A stretch of 64,000 nt of DNA from Amphiscolops sp. MND2022 (Eukaryota), in the NCBI GenBank assembly GCA_964187785.1, contig OZ076409.1, positions 76,448,001 through 76,512,000 on the forward strand, in the 5' to 3' direction. Numbering within the stretch: the stretch's first letter is position 1; every line of letters begins with the position of its first letter. The position numbers and the translations under genes are program-made. Under the pieces are notes generated by a model, which was not told the DNA's origin, ran no database searches, and was given only the letters and a program-made list of their open reading frames with translations. This document shows positions 46,276-60,974 of this stretch, one piece after another.

Positions 46276-47670
46276 AAAATTGAATTCTTTGAGAAGCAAA
46301 CTTTCTTCATCAATATGTCAACAACAAGGAGTCAAAAGAGAAGGAACAACCAACAGGAGAGCACTGTCTCGAAACACCGAAAGAATTTCTCGACTTTTCT
46401 CTTAACTCCTTGGAAACTGAATGCAAAAGAATGAAACGTAGCGAATCCTACACGAGCTTCAAAACAGTGGAATCGGGACAATACCCGCTTTCGGAAACTT
46501 CTGTGAAAATAATGGCTGACTCCCCAGAAAGCCCAAACGAGAGTATGTCCTCTGATATATTCGTTGTAGAAGCTTCGGCAAACGACAAAGAGTCGATAAC
46601 AAGCAGTAGAGTAGCGGAATACCTTGAAAAGTACGCCAGGAAGAGCCTTCTTTTACTTCAACACGCCGCCGGGAATACCCAGGAAAATCAACTTCAGAAC
46701 CACGAGCCCGTTGAACGATCTTGAAGAGAGACGATGTATTAACGTCACAACAGAACTCGGGATGAGATTACCCACATTATCGCCCATGCCTCGTCTCCCT
46801 GGAAATAACGTTCTCCCCAGAAGTGTGGCCCTGTCACAACCCGCTCCCGGTTTGGGATGTACTTGCAGGCGAATTGCAACCGGGAGAGGACATGGATGCA
46901 ATCTACGCTTCCCGGAATGGTAACTTAACATTCCAACTTTAAAACTTAATAAGCTGTGACTAGAAACACAAATGAACGTCCGTTTGGCGCAAATTTTAAA
47001 TGAAAATAAGAGCAAGAAATAAAATAAGCCAAAATGAGTTTTCACACATTTCCGGTAAGACGTTTTTGCCACGTCAAAATAGTAACATTCGCCACCTGAA
47101 AACTAAATTAAAACACGTTTTAGAACAAACCATAAGCCAATCTAAATGAAAACATATCCGAAATCATCTTCAAAAGGAACATCAACCAAATCTAAAATAG
47201 AAAATACACTGAGGTGGCACGCCGGAGAAACTAAGCCTTTTCTAAGAAAGGCAGCTTAATTACTCTTTGAACAGCAATTAGTGTGGTTTAGGACGTCAAT
47301 ATTGGGCTGAGCAAACAAAGCGGCGGAAGAAATAAGAATACATGTATATTTTCGTCAATAAGACGCAGAAAAGTTTGAAGGTATACCAATTGACGTCACT
47401 ACCTCGCCTATACGAACCAGAAAATCATTCCAATTATCCGCCTATACTAAAAGCATTACTAGAAATCATTCCAATTTACCACCATTGTGACGTCACTACG
47501 CTGGCAGCTAGCTAGAAAATCATTCCTAAAATACTCGTCAGCATTACGTTAAACTAGTCAAAATCTCATTTTCTGCCAAGAAAACTCGTCAACATGACGT
47601 TGACAAGTTTATGAAGTTTAAATTTTGCCAAGAAAACTCGTCGACATGACGTTGACAAGTTTATGAAAAA
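46276..47670. mobile_element. Nested retroelement (LTR/gag-like) fragments
   Basis: 46276-46363 duplicates 48788-48875 (MSTTRS.KRRNNQQEST) and is then broken at TGTCTCG by unrelated sequence with a short acidic ORF and local direct repeats (47575-47667). Confidence 0.4.
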
Positions 47671-48699
47671 AGACAAAACGAACGAATTCGCCAGATTAGT
47701 CAGGCATTTCATCGCGTTTAGACTGCTTTCTCATAGGGAAGGATTATTACGGGCTACCTTAGATTGTAAAACAAATAGTTTACCAGTATTTCACGACTTA
47801 AAGATCAGATCTAAGACGTAGTTAATACATGCAGAGTAACTCAAATTCGCGTCAACTAGTTGTCATGCATTTTTAACAATAAGTGAAAACCTCCGCAAAG
47901 GCCATTTGAAAATGGGATTTTATAATCGTATAGATGGAAAGTCACAGTTTATATCCATAACTAAAGTGTATTTTATACGGAAAATGTATTTTTACAAATT
48001 TACATTCTTGTACTTGATATTTTCAGACAATGTTTCATAATTGTGATTGTGATCATATTTTTGTGTCAGTTCATCGTTGTTGTTTATTAAATTTGCTGTA
48101 TAACTGTTGCTGTCAAATAAGTGCTGATGTACATAAACAATTTATTGAAATAGTCAACTTGTTGCAATTGTCGCGTCAATCTAAAGTTTTCGTGTGTGTA
48201 CTAATATGTTTTTTGATAATCATAAACGTTAAATTTGTTCTAAACTAGTATTTCACTCATTAATCTCTGCAAAATATCTTCCTAGCATCGCTCAAATAAT
48301 CGCAATTTGGAAATTAGTCATCACTTTTGATCATGCTGAATTCCAAAATCAAATATTAGTTGTTCACGTCAGCGTCATCTAGGCGTCAATTTCCCGCGAA
48401 CCAAAGCAGTAAAACAGGAAGTCATTTCCAGTTTGACAGACTGAAGTAATATCTACTTCCTGCTTGGGAGGAAGCAAAAGGACGCCGGGATGAAATAATA
48501 TGCTCGTGATAGATTACTAATAGAGGAAAACTATTGCCGTGTCTCAAAATTTGACGAAATGCTGACGCAAATTTGGGATCTGTATGATCTTTTCACTGAA
48601 AAAACAGGAAATGACTAATTGTTCGAAGCAATTTATGAATACGTACGTGATCAAATGATGCTAGGATGGTATATATATAATTTTGTTCAATTGACTCAG

Positions 48700-49226
48700 T
48701 CTTTTTCAAGCGCTAGAATTCAGTTGTTTCAACTTGTTTCCCTTAAACTTCATCTCAATCTCAACTCTGTCAAAAATCAGAAAAGACAAAATTGAATTCT
48801 TTGAGAAGCAAACTTTCTTCATCAATATGTCAACAACAAGGAGTGAAAAGAGAAGGAACAACCAACAGGAGAGCACCGAAATTGTTAGTGAAGGTTTCGT
48901 ATCCCCAATAGTAGTAGATAATTCATGTCCTCTTGAGCAGGACGTAAGTGTTGCGGGTCCTTCGAGACCAAAATCCCCTAGGTTTGAGAACAGCCTTTTG
49001 GAAAGTCTTAGAGCTTCGTTGAAGGAAGAAATTACTTCAGAAATCAAGAGTTTGCTCGTAGAATCCCAGAAGGAGATGTTGAAGCTTTTAAGACCTGAAA
49101 CTAGGGAGAACGTAGAGGAAAATACAGAAGAAGAAGTAGAAAACGAAACGAGGAGTTTTTACACCCCTACTAAAGTTGTTAGAATAAACTTTACTCAAAA
49201 CAACGACACAAACGTAAGTCGTAACA
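48700..49226 (+). mobile_element. Solo-LTR-like fragment with a gag-N-terminus-like coiled-coil ORF (ATG 48827); left boundary uncertain
   Basis: AGPSRPKSPR..LVESQKEMLKL..ENET ORF. Homology to the 52061-52433 copy ends at TCGTAACA, an LTR-like CA end. Confidence 0.55.
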
Positions 49227-51260
49227 TGATTCGCGTTCGGTAGACCGAATACACGGCTAGCTGTAGCATTGCCTCCATCATCTGACGTCCATGATTGGGT
49301 GTCGATGGATCTCCAACAACTAGTTGAGCTCGGAAAATGTGTGTACTATCTACACAATATCAAATAATTTACTCGTTTCCTGAACAAAAAGAACAAGAAC
49401 AACCCGTCAAGAATTTCCCCTGAGTTTCAAAACACTATCGTAAGAACAAATGCACTACTTAAGATTACGTGCATTCATTGGGCCTCACCGACTTAAGAAT
49501 ATTGTAGATGCTATTGTATTCAATCTATACTGACCAGCATACGCTTGTGAATACTTTCCGTTGCTCCCAAGAAACAGGATGCCAGTGTTGATTCCTCAAG
49601 GAGCTATCCACCACACCTTCGAAGCTTCTTGCATTGGTGCCACAAGCAGGGAAAGAAGAGTGGAGATTGTGTTAATGGGAAAATAACTGTTCATTTGTTT
49701 TCATTTGTTATTGATATGCTTATGCTGGCCTTCAATAAATTACTGTGAACCATATAATCGTTTTGGAAGGGTAGACACGCTTCACTGTTTTCGATACAAT
49801 TATAGTATCTAAAAGAATGATGTAATCTATCCCAGATTTTCCAAAATTCTTTTTTTAAAAAAAAATTTGTATCGTCCATTTTTCTTTCGTCATTCTTGAA
49901 AGATGAAACCATATCGATAGTAGTCACTTTTCCGTAACCTCAGCTTTGAACAAACTTCTGGCGTTGTCGACGAGTGCCTGAAGAGTTGGATCAGTCAATC
50001 TTTCCTATGTCATTTTTAGTATGTTTTATTGAAAACGTTTCACGCTGGCACCTTTGAAACAGCTGAACCCTGGAATTAGGGAAGTTTGGAATGAACTTGT
50101 TTTCAAAGCACATGGCAAGGAACTCTGATCTTTGGTTTTTATTTTTTTCCATTTTGTTCTTTGGAAGGCGAGAAATATTGTCTCTCCAGTACTCTTAGAA
50201 AGAGGCGCTATATTAAAACATATCCTCAGAAAAGAGAAGCAAAAATCTGTTGATCATTATCACTGGTTGTTTGAACGTTTTGATCTCTAACGTGTGGTTT
50301 CCAGTAGATTCGTTCAGAGAGGTGCCCCAAGTATCTTCCATTTCTTTACAGAGGGCAAGCTTAGGTCATTTAGCTTTCAAGCTTTTTCTGGAGGGACGTA
50401 ATCCGTAGGAGATTGATTCAGTTCGAGTTTAAAACAGATTCAGAATTAGTAACAGCTGTATCGTATGATTTGATTTCGAACGCGTTTCTCCAGAAGAAGG
50501 GCTCTGGCCTTATAGGCCTTGATATATAATTTCAAACCAGCATGGCATGCTAAATAATGGAGATCACCAATTAAAAAGAGAACTGAGCGGGTAACGTCAT
50601 TGTGACGTCATCCTGAAGTTAGTAAAAAGAACATCAGGATAGGGTTCAGGTCTGTAAATAGACAGCAACCCTGGTAAATGGCGGTAGCCTATGCACGTCC
50701 AATTGACGTCTTCGATCTATTTACTCTACTAGCAAGTCAATGAAACACAACGCATCATAGCAAACAGCATAGTAGTGGACCAACGGTCCGTTCGTCTACT
50801 GAAGCGCTTCTGATTGGCTGGATTTTTTGAAAGACTGCGCGTCGAATTAGCTAAAGCAAGTGGTGATTCTAACGCGTTTCTTTTACAGCAACTAATTTAC
50901 CTACCGTAAGCTAATTACCATTTTTACATTGTATCAATTTGATGCTATTTCATTGCTACTAAATACTGGTTTATATTGGTATGAAATGAAATTACATGAC
51001 TTAGATATTTAACAATACATATGGTAATACTAAGTTTAGAGTCCTGTAGTTTATCATGAGTATACTGGCAGTATTTTCCCTTAGACGTTAGGACTGGCGG
51101 TCCCTTCTACAGTAATACCCCTACAGGCATTGTAAATTCAGTGTTGTCGGATGGCGTAAGTTGATATCTGTTGCCGTCACAAGCGGCAGCCTGTCACACA
51201 CCCCGGTTAATGAGGACAAAAGAACCTGCTTACATTCCAGCCAAAAAGGCAATACGTAGC

Positions 51261-51479
51261 GGATCTTTTCTGTTAATTCCCCCCCCCCCACCAATTTAAT
51301 CCCCCCCCCCCCCCAGTTAAGCGGTCAAGTGAAATTATCACTGAATTAATAGTAACAACCAATCAAATTGCAGTATTTTATAACTCTAACTGCAACTGAA
51401 ACTCATCGCCGATAATGGTGGGGAATTAAAATTTATGCGCTTACTGTGGGGGGGGGGTGGTAATTAACAGAAAAGATCC
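51261..51479. mobile_element. MITE with GG termini and 8-bp TSD (Merlin-like)
   Basis: TIR GGATCTTTTCTGTTAATT / AATTAACAGAAAAGATCC; TSD TACGTAGC at 51253-51260 and 51480-51487. Confidence 0.9.
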
Positions 51480-52060
51480 TACGTAGCTTCAATTGGTAAC
51501 GTCCGCTGTGTTGATGGGTTACATATAGGATGTTGTGGCATGCTATCTATCACATGAAAGTAAAATGAAACAGCTTTAATATTTTACTCTCTCTTTTGTT
51601 TTGCTGGAAAGGATCTTGTTAAGTTTGTCCGAAGAGATTGATTTCCTAAAATTGATGTTAGTAATCGAATTAATTTACAATAAAAAATTTACAAGGATGT
51701 AGTTTCTTTTGATTTTCAGGTTCATTGAGGCCCAACGGAAGCCACGTTCTCGTCAAGTGGTATACTATGTATCTCACGAGTTGAGTACCTTCTAGAAAAT
51801 ACAGCATAAGGACTCGGTGACCAATTATGAACGTTGTTTGCAGGAGGTTGCCATGTCCGACATCTCGATGTTGATCTAGAGTTCATCGTTCCTCAGTTCC
51901 TCATACTATGATCATGCTTTGTTCCGACTACTAAACATGATGGATATTATGAAACATGATACCGTAATATGATCATACTATGAAACTTGGTCGTTATGGA
52001 AAGGTCTTGGTATGATCATGATCATGGAATTACCATGATCGTACTATGAACATAGCATGA

Positions 52061-52708
52061 TGTTACGAATAAATATCGGCGTGTTTTTACGTGTACTCGG
52101 TTTTAACTGGTGTAGAAGTGGTTGTAGGGTGTTGTAAGTGTGTTGTAGTGTAACTGGTGTTTCATTTTCAGAATCAAGGTCTTCTATGTCAAGATGGGTA
52201 TCTCGGGTTTTAGTAACTGGTGCTATTAATTTTAGCATCTCCTTCTGATTCTCAGCAAGAATTTTGGAGTGGTCAGCCATTAGTTCGACCGGATTTTCAA
52301 ATTGCATCCTAGGTGGTGACTTTCTAGGGCCAGCTCTGAGGTTTTCCTCACAATTATTTTCAGCTAAGGGAGTTTCCATGTCTCTAGAGACTAGCTCTTC
52401 CGCTGCTTTCTTTTCCTGATTTCTGGGTGCCATTTTTAGAAAGAAAGTCTTCGGTAATTGTAAATTCTTCGAAGAAAATTTTTTGTTTCACGTTTCATAA
52501 ACGACAAGTATTCTCATTGAACAACTAACAATTAACTGAACTCTTTTTGAGAATTTTACATATTTATACCTTGCAGCATCATTCGTTCCTCACCAAAATA
52601 TTTCTAGGTATCTTAAAAATCGGGTTTCTTCACAGAATTTCCTAGTTGACGCATATCATTTCAGTGCTGTGTTCCCAAATCAGGTATCCAAATCCTAGAT
52701 GCGTCACA
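52061..52708 (-). mobile_element. Solo-LTR-like fragment related to 48700-49226
   Basis: The minus strand runs TGTGACG...TCGTAACA. ORF 52433-52044 shares AGP.KSP, L.ENQKEMLKL and ENET. No TSD found. Confidence 0.5.
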
Positions 52709-53340
52709 CTTGGTCATTTTTGTTGAAAGCAATTTTGTTCATTCCTACGCATTTTCTGTTTGAAAGGTAAAATCGCGGCAAAAAAAGTCTATTTGAGATT
52801 TTGGCGGCGAAGGCACGCCGGCATGAAGAATAATTCAACTAACTAAAATTTGGGAACAGAAATCTGCTGAGAAAAAGTTTGACAGCCAAAAAAATCCCTC
52901 ACAATTGAGACGAAAAAACATATCTTTGTCGTAATTAGGAATATGGAAATATAGAGGAAAAAACGATGCTAAGAGGCTTACGATATACATATTCAAATTT
53001 CAAATGTTCACACATGTTTTGACGAATGTCACTCGTAATACTAAAGCACTTTTATGAACACAACTTCGCCAAAGTATTGGGCTCCCACTAATACAAATTG
53101 AAGAAGTTTCAAAATAGTAGTAAAACATTAATACAAAACTGCAAAGGCAAACGGTTTTCACTACATGTACATCATTAAATCAGCAGCAACTACGGGCACT
53201 TCATGTTGGAAAATAACGTTGATTTAACGTCACATTATGTAATTATAATGAGAAAAATTGCCAATGATCCATTAAAATGATCCATTAAAATTTCCTGAAT
53301 AAAATTACTACTCTCTTTGACCAACGTGATCCCCAAATTA

Positions 53341-56300
53341 CCATTCCAAACAGTTCACTTCATTTGAATTCTATAATGATCCAAAAGGACTTTCAGCGCA
53401 TAAAGAGATTTAAAATCACTTGATTTTCTATCTTACAGTACAGATTCTTCTGATTTCTGCAAAATGTACAAGAGTACCGAAAGTTGATTCGCTCAAGTCC
53501 GAACAAGGTAACCTATTCCTTACTCAAAACCTTCAAATGTGACTTAGCAGTGACGTATTTATTATAGTTAGCTATAGCTGACCAGCAGCGTGACAGCTGG
53601 TACGTTGAGCGTTGGTCGAATTCATTCTAAGATGCTCAACTGTGACGTCACAAAATCGTTCGTTCTACTCTGAGCGCTGAAATACCAACCGACTAGCGGT
53701 GTTATTGGCTTACTAGGTAGGCGGTATAGAATGCTTCTTTTGCTTTGGGGTTATGTTATAGGATCGTGAAAATAGAAGCATTTTCTATGATCTTCGTTGG
53801 GTGACGCTGTCATAACATTGTGACTGTTTGGCTAAAGTAGTTGACAACTGTTTTAGTACAATCAGCTATATTATTTTGTATGTAATTTTCATTTTAGATT
53901 ATATGAGTTCTGTTGGAATTACGGGATTAAATACTATTTTCAAAATTTCATTTCAGGATGAAAAATTAAAGAGTCAATTTCTGATTGTTAATTTGGCCTC
54001 TGATTTGCTATTTAGATTGGAATATGAATTTTCAGAAGATCAAAACGGAAGTAAAAATGGTCACGCGTGAAAATGATAGACCGGAAGTTTCGTTAATTCA
54101 GAAACAATTATGCTGAATATTGCGTCGTCGTTACTTATTTTGCTCTACTGTAAGTCGAATTTAAAGATCTTACGTTTCAAAAGTTCCTTCCATGGCCAAG
54201 TCCTCTACCAAATTTGTGTATTCCTTCGTGACAGCAGAAGCACCGACCAAAAACTGGTCGTGACACATGGTGAGTATGTTTGGTCAACCTGGGTAACAGC
54301 CTTTTCGTTGTGATGAATATTACTAAAAGTTGCATGCCATCTTTACTAGTGACATGTGAGAGGTATTTCTGTGTGAGGTGTTTCTGTATGAGTCTTGTCA
54401 GGGGCGGCTATGAGATAAGCGTTTCTGAGACGTTCATGATGTTCGCTTATTGTTTTGACTACCTCAGCTTTTGTATTACCTTAAAGCAAGCTATCCTAAC
54501 AGATGACGGCTAGAATGCAAATGACATCATTCAGCAAAACCACTGAGGGAGTCAATATAGTTCATCCGAGGGATCCAACTAAGTGCTCTCGGTCGATTTT
54601 ATATCTCTTTCATCCACAATCCATTCCAAACCGTTCACTTCATTTGAATTCTATAATGATCCAAAAAGACTTTCAGCGCATAAAGAGATTTAAAATCACT
54701 TGATTTTCTATCTTACAGTACAGATTCTTCTGATTTCTGCAAAATGTACAAGAGTACCGAAGGTTGATTCGCTCAAGTCCGAACAAGGTAACCTATTCCT
54801 TACTCAAAACCTTCAAATGTGACGTAGCAGTGACGTATGTATTATAGTTAGCTATAGCTGACCAGCAGCGTGACGTAGCTGGTACGTTGAGCGTTGGTAG
54901 AATTCATTCTAAGATGCTCAACTGTGACGTCACAAAATCGTTCGTTCTACTCTGAGCGCTGAAATATCAACCGACTAGCGGTGTTATTGGCTTACTAGGT
55001 AGGCGGTATAGAATGCTTCTTTTGCTATGGGGTTATGTTATAGGATCGTGAAAATAGAAGCATTTTCTATGATCTTCGTTGGGTGACGCTGTCATAACAT
55101 TGTGACTGTTTGGCTAAAGTACTTGACAACTGTTTTAGTACAATCAGCTATACTATTTTGTATGTATTTTTCATTTTAGATTGTATGAGTTCTGTTGGAA
55201 TTACGGGATTAAATACTATTTTCAAAATTTCATTTCAGGATGAAAAATTAAAGAGTCAATTTCTGATTGTTAATTTGGCCTCTGATTTGCTATTTAGATT
55301 GGAATATGAATTTTCAGAAGATCAAAACGGAAGTAAAAATGGTCACGCATGAAAATGATAGACCGGAAGTTTCGTTAATTCAGAAACAATTATGCTGAAC
55401 ATTGCTTCGTCGTTACTTATTTTGCTCTACTGTAAGTCAAATTTAAAGATCTTACGTTTTAAAAGTTCCTTCCATGGCCAAGTCCTCTAGCAAATTTGTG
55501 TATTCCTTCGTAACAGCAGAAGCACCGACCAAAAACTGGTCGTGACACATGGTGAGTATGTTTGGTCAACCTGGGTAACAGCCTTTTCGTTGTGATGAAT
55601 ATTACTAAAAATTGCATGCCATCTTTACTAGTGACATGTGAGAGGTATTTCTGTGTGAGGTGTTTCTGTTTGAGTCTTGTCAGGGGCGGCTATGAGATAA
55701 GCGTTTCTGAGACGTTCATGATGTTCGCTTATTGTTTTGACTACCTCAGCTTTTGTATTACCTTAAAGCAAGCTATCCTAACAGATGACGGCTAGAATGC
55801 AAATGACATCATTCAGCAAAACCACTGAGGGAGTCAACATAGTTCATCCGAGGGATCCAACTAAGTGCTCTCGGTCGATTTTATATCTCTTTCATCCACA
55901 ATCCATTCCAAACCGTTCACTTCATTTGAATTCTATAATGATCCAAAAAGACTTTCAGCGCATAAAGAGATTTAAAATCACTTGATTTTCTATCTTACAG
56001 TACAGATTCTTCTGATTTCTGCAAAATGTACAAGAGTACCGAAGGTTGATTCGCTCAAGTCCGAACAAGGTAACCTATTCCTTACTCAAAACCTTCAAAT
56101 GTGACGTAGCAGTGACGTATGTATTATAGTTAGCTATAGCTGACCAGCAGCGTGACGTAGCTGGTACGTTGAGCGTTGGTAGAATTCATTCTAAGATGCT
56201 CAACTGTGACGTCACAAAATCGTTCGTTCTACTCTGAGCGCTGAAATATCAACCGACTAGCGGTGTTATTGGCTTACTAGGTAGGCGGTATAGAATGCTT

Positions 56301-59300
56301 CTTTTGCTATGGGGTTATGTTATAGGATCGTGAAAATAGAAGCATTTTCTATGATCTTCGTTGGGTGACGCTGTCATAACATTGTGACTGTTTGGCTAAA
56401 GTACTTGACAACTGTTTTAGTACAATCAGCTATACTATTTTGTATATATTTTTCATTTTAGATTGTATGAGTTCTGTTGGAATTACGGGATTAAATACTA
56501 TTTTCAAAATTTCATTTCAGGATGAAAAATTAAAGAGTCAATTTCTGATTGTTAATTTGGCCTCTGATTTGCTATTTAGATTGGAATATGAATTTTCAGA
56601 AGATCAAAACGGAAGTAAAAATGGTCACGCATGAAAATGATAGACCGGAAGTTTCGTTAATTCAGAAACAATTATGCTGAACATTGCGTCGTCGTTACTT
56701 ATTTTGCTCTACTGTAAGTCAAATTTAAAGATCTTACGTTTTAAAAGTTCCTTCCATGGCCAAGTCCTCTAGCAAATTTGTGTATTCCTTCGTAACAGCA
56801 GAAGCACCGACCAAAAACTGGTCGTGACACATGGTGAGTATGTTTGGTCAACCTGGGTAACAGCCTTTTCGTTGTGATGAATATTACTAAAAATTGCATG
56901 CCATCTTTACTAGTGACATGTGAGAGGTATTTCTGTGTGAGGTGTTTCTGTTTGAGTCTTGTCAGGGGCGGCTATGAGATAAGCGTTTCTGAGACGTTCA
57001 TGATGTTCGCTTATTGTTTTGACTACCTCAGCTTTTGTATTACCTTAAAGCAAGCTATCCTAACAGATGACGGCTAGAATGCAAATGACATCATTCAGCA
57101 AAACCACTGAGGGAGTCAACATAGTTCATCCGAGGGATCCAACTAAGTGCTCTCGGTCGATTTTATATCTCTTTCTTCCACAATCCATTCCAAACCGTTC
57201 ACTTCATTTGAATTCTATAATGATCCAAAAAGACTTTCAGCGCATAAAGAGATTTAAAATCACTTGATTTTCTATCTTACAGTACAGATTCTTCTGATTT
57301 CTGCAAAATGTACAAGAGTACCGAAGGTTGATTCGCTCAAGTCCGAACAAGGTAACCTATTCCTTACTCAAAACCTTCAAATGTGACGTAGCAGTGACGT
57401 ATGTATTATAGTTAGCTATAGCTGACCAGCAGCGTGACGTAGCTGGTACGTTGAGCGTTGGTAGAATTCATTCTAAGATGCTCAACTGTGACGTCACAAA
57501 ATCGTTCGTTCTACTCTGAGCGCTGAAATATCAACCGACTAGCGGTGTTATTGGCTTACTAGGTAGGCGGTATAGAATGCTTCTTTTGCTATGGGGTTAT
57601 GTTATAGGATCGTGAAAATAGAAGCATTTTCTATGATCTTCGTTGGGTGACGCTGTCATAACATTGTGACTGTTTGGCTAAAGTACTTGACAACTGTTTT
57701 AGTACAATCAGCTATACTATTTTGTATGTATTTTTCATTTTAGATTGTATGAGTTCTGTTGGAATTACGGGATTAAATACTATTTTCAAAATTTCATTTC
57801 AGGATGAAAAATTAAAGAGTCAATTTCTGATTGTTAATTTGGCCTCTGATTTGCTATTTAGATTGGAATATGAATTTTCAGAAGATCAAAACGGAAGTAA
57901 AAATGGTCACGCATGAAAATGATAGACCGGAAGTTTCGTTAATTCAGAAACAATTATGCTGAACATTGCGTCGTCGTTACTTATTTTGCTCTACTGTAAG
58001 TCAAATTTAAAGATCTTACGTTTTAAAAGTTCCTTCCATGGCCAAGTCCTCTAGCAAATTTGTGTATTCCTTCGTGACAGCAGAAGCACCGACCAAAAAC
58101 TGGTCGTGACACATGGTGAGTATGTTTGGTCAACCTGGGTAACAGCCTTTTCGTTGTGATGAATATTACTAAAAGTTGCATGCCATCTTTACTAGTGACA
58201 TGTGAGAGGTATTTCTGTGTGAGGTGTTTCTGTATGAGTCTTGTCAGGGGCGGCTATGAGATAAGCGTTTCTGAGACGTTCATGATGTTCGCTTATTGTT
58301 TTGACTACCTCAGCTTTTGTATTACCTTAAAGCAAGCTATCCTAACAGATGACGGCTAGAATGCAAATGACATCATTCAGCAAAACCACTGAGGGAGTCA
58401 ACATAGTTCATCCGAGGGATCCAACTAAGTGCTCTCGGTCGATTTTATATCTCTTTCATCCACAATCCATTCCAAACCGTTCACTTCATTTGAATTCTAT
58501 AATGATCCAAAAAGACTTTCAGCGCATAAAGAGATTTAAAATCACTTGATTTTCTATCTTACAGTACAGATTCTTCTGATTTCTGCAAAATGTACAAGAG
58601 TACCGAAAGTTGATTCGCTCAAGTCCGAACAAGGTAACCTATTCCTTACTCAAAACCTTCAAATGTGACGTAGCAGTGACGTATGTATTATAGTTAGCTA
58701 AAGCTGACCAGCAGCGTGACGTAGCTGGTACGTTGAGCGTTGGTAGAATTCATTCTAAGATGCTCAACTGTGACGTCACAAAATCGTTCGTTCTACTCTG
58801 AGCGCTGAAATATCAACCGACTAGCGGTGTTATTGGCTTACTAGGTAGGCGGTATAGAATGCTTCTTTTGCTATGGGGTTATGTTATAGGATCGTGAAAA
58901 TAGAAGCATTTTCTATGATCTTCGTTGGGTGACGCTGTCATAACATTGTGACTGTTTGGCTAAAGTACTTGACAACTGTTTTAGTACAATCAGCTATACT
59001 ATTTTGTATATATTTTTCATTTTAGATTGTATGAGTTCTGTTGGAATTACGGGATTAAATACTATTTTCAAAATTTCATTTCAGGATGAAAAATTAAAGA
59101 GTCAATTTCTGATTGTTAATTTGGCCTCTGATTTGCTATTTAGATTGGAATATGAATTTTCAGAAGATCAAAACGGAAGTAAAAATGGTCACGCATGAAA
59201 ATGATAGACCGGAAGTTTCGTTAATTCAGAAACAATTATGCTGAACATTGCGTCGTCGTTACTTATTTTGCTCTACTGTAAGTCAAATTTAAAGATCTTA

Positions 59301-59751
59301 CGTTTTAAAAGTTCCTTCCATGGCCAAGTCCTCTAGCAAATTTGTGTATTCCTTCGTAACAGCAGAAGCACCGACCAAAAACTGGTCGTGACACATGGTG
59401 AGTATGTTTGGTCAACCTGGGTAACAGCCTTTTCGTTGTGATGAATATTACTAAAAATTGCATGCCATCTTTACTAGTGACATGTGAGAGGTATTTCTGT
59501 GTGAGGTGTTTCTGTTTGAGTCTTGTCAGGGGCGGCTATGAGATAAGCGTTTCTGAGACGTTCATGATGTTCGCTTATTGTTTTGACTACCTCAGCTTTT
59601 GTATTACCTTAAAGCAAGCTATCCTAACAGATGACGGCTAGAATGCAAATGACATCATTCAGCAAAACCACTGAGGGAGTCAACATAGTTCATCCGAGGG
59701 ATCCAACTAAGTGCTCTCGGTCGATTTTATATCTCTTTCATCCACAATCCA
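53341..59751. repeat. 1282-bp tandem repeat, 5 near-identical copies
   Basis: Homologous ORF-track frames at 53828, 55110, 56392, 57674 and 58956 (period 1282). The first copy is slightly more diverged. Confidence 0.97.
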
Positions 59752-60974
59752 GTCCGGACCCGTACTGTGACATCTACTGATAAAAACAGTTCTTCAAAAA
59801 GTACATGATTTCGACTGCCGGAGGTTTCGGAAATGTTTGTGTTGATAACTTGAAAAGACCGAAGTGTCTTTTTTGGGTTTTTCTGGGTTTATACAAGTTT
59901 TCTGAAAATAGTTGGTTTCACAAAAGTGTCTGCCAGTATTACTGATGTTTTCCGTTAGAAATAGCAGTTTCCAATCAGCTTCCAATCAGTTTACAGGACT
60001 TACCAATCCATACTTTTTGAAAAACTGAGATTTACGTGAAGTTTCTCAATTTTTGTTTCTAAGCATGATCAAAAGACTGAGCTCTCTCCGAGCGGTAACT
60101 TTCTGAGACTCATCGGGGTTCCAACTTGTTTGACTCAACGTTTATAATGTTATCTAATTCGGATAAAAATTGAAATGAATATGCATACGTGCTATTTTTG
60201 TTTTTGAGGTTCTGAACAATACCAAACCTGACGATTTCATTCTTTCACATTGCTTTTTGGGAACGTTCGAACGAAACCGGTGTTTTTCCAGTGAGACTTG
60301 AATAGATGAATCAGAAACGTTTTTTGTTGTTTTTTTTTTAACTTTGGAAGTGCTTCAGAGAATATATGAGGTGGGTTTTTTGTCTGAAGACTCTTTTGAA
60401 AATTCTTCTTCCAATTTGCCACGTTGGAACCGAAGTTACAAGAAGCAGTTTCCCGATCTGTAGAGGCAGTTGGTTTACAGCAGTCAGATACTTCTAGATT
60501 TGTAGTTCAAAATTTCCCTTATATTTTTGGTCAAACTATTGGGACTGGAATTAATAAAAGACCTCGTATCATATCGAGTTCAAATCAACATCAGTGCTAT
60601 AAACGAATCATCTTCATTTTAGGCATGTTTGATTTTTAGCAAATTGCAAATTTTTGATTGCTTGAAATAAATTGATTATTTTTTGAAATTAGTATAGACT
60701 AGAAAATCCATTAGGTATGGATCTTGGACTGTTGACCCAGCTCTTGAGCGGTGTTTTTGGCTAATAGAATTTTTTGCCAATTTTAGTTCGGTCACTTGTG
60801 CTATAAAATGCTACCAAAGCTGCTGTCAAATGTTTAAAAAGCGTCTTTTTCCCAGCATGCCTTCTAACACGGTAAACTACAAGCGGAAAGTTTCATGTTC
60901 TATTGGAATGTTATCAAGCTGCTTGGCGACAACTTGAAGTTACGATTCTAACGCCCGATTTCATAGAGAATATA

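Noticed and set aside
45906..46434. ORFs spanning the N-run
   Set aside because: Artefacts of the assembly gap.
51715..51900. Possible plus-strand exons (TTTCAG and TTGCAG acceptors)
   Set aside because: No recognisable peptide or consistent gene model could be built.
53828..59641. Repeated 66-80 aa ORFs in the 1282-bp repeat
   Set aside because: Several have non-ATG starts, one is broken by a stop in four copies, and no domains are recognisable.
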